Assembly (NCBI RefSeq): GCF_003334405.1
Contig: NZ_QOWM01000049.1
Source: Escherichia coli
Lineage (GTDB): Bacteria; Pseudomonadota; Gammaproteobacteria; Enterobacterales; Enterobacteriaceae
Length of the DNA: 1,031 nucleotides
Direction: 5' to 3' (one strand)
A program made the position numbers and the translations under genes. Shown here in pieces: positions 1-1,031 of the stretch. Numbering within the stretch: the stretch's first letter is position 1; each line of letters opens with the position of its first letter. The notes below the pieces were generated by a model, which saw only the letters and a list, made by a program, of their open reading frames with translations, was not told the origin of the DNA and did no database searches.

Positions 1-1031
<1,031 letters not shown>

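Overview
The whole 1031-nt window is an internal fragment of a single gene, tuf, encoding translation elongation factor Tu (EF-Tu), read on the + strand in frame 1 and truncated at both ends. Frame 1 translates without a stop for 343 codons, and the product matches Escherichia coli EF-Tu as I recall it from about residue A46 to V388 (numbering with the initiator Met), with no substitutions I can detect. It covers the switch I threonine, the G3, G4 and G5 GTPase motifs, and most of domains 2 and 3; the N-terminal P-loop and the last few C-terminal residues lie outside the window. I see no mobile element, repeat array, CRISPR, RNA gene, promoter or terminator, and nothing that suggests a novel system. 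This is an ordinary, highly conserved housekeeping locus. The supplied 62-aa ORF at 692..880 is an out-of-frame artefact inside tuf.
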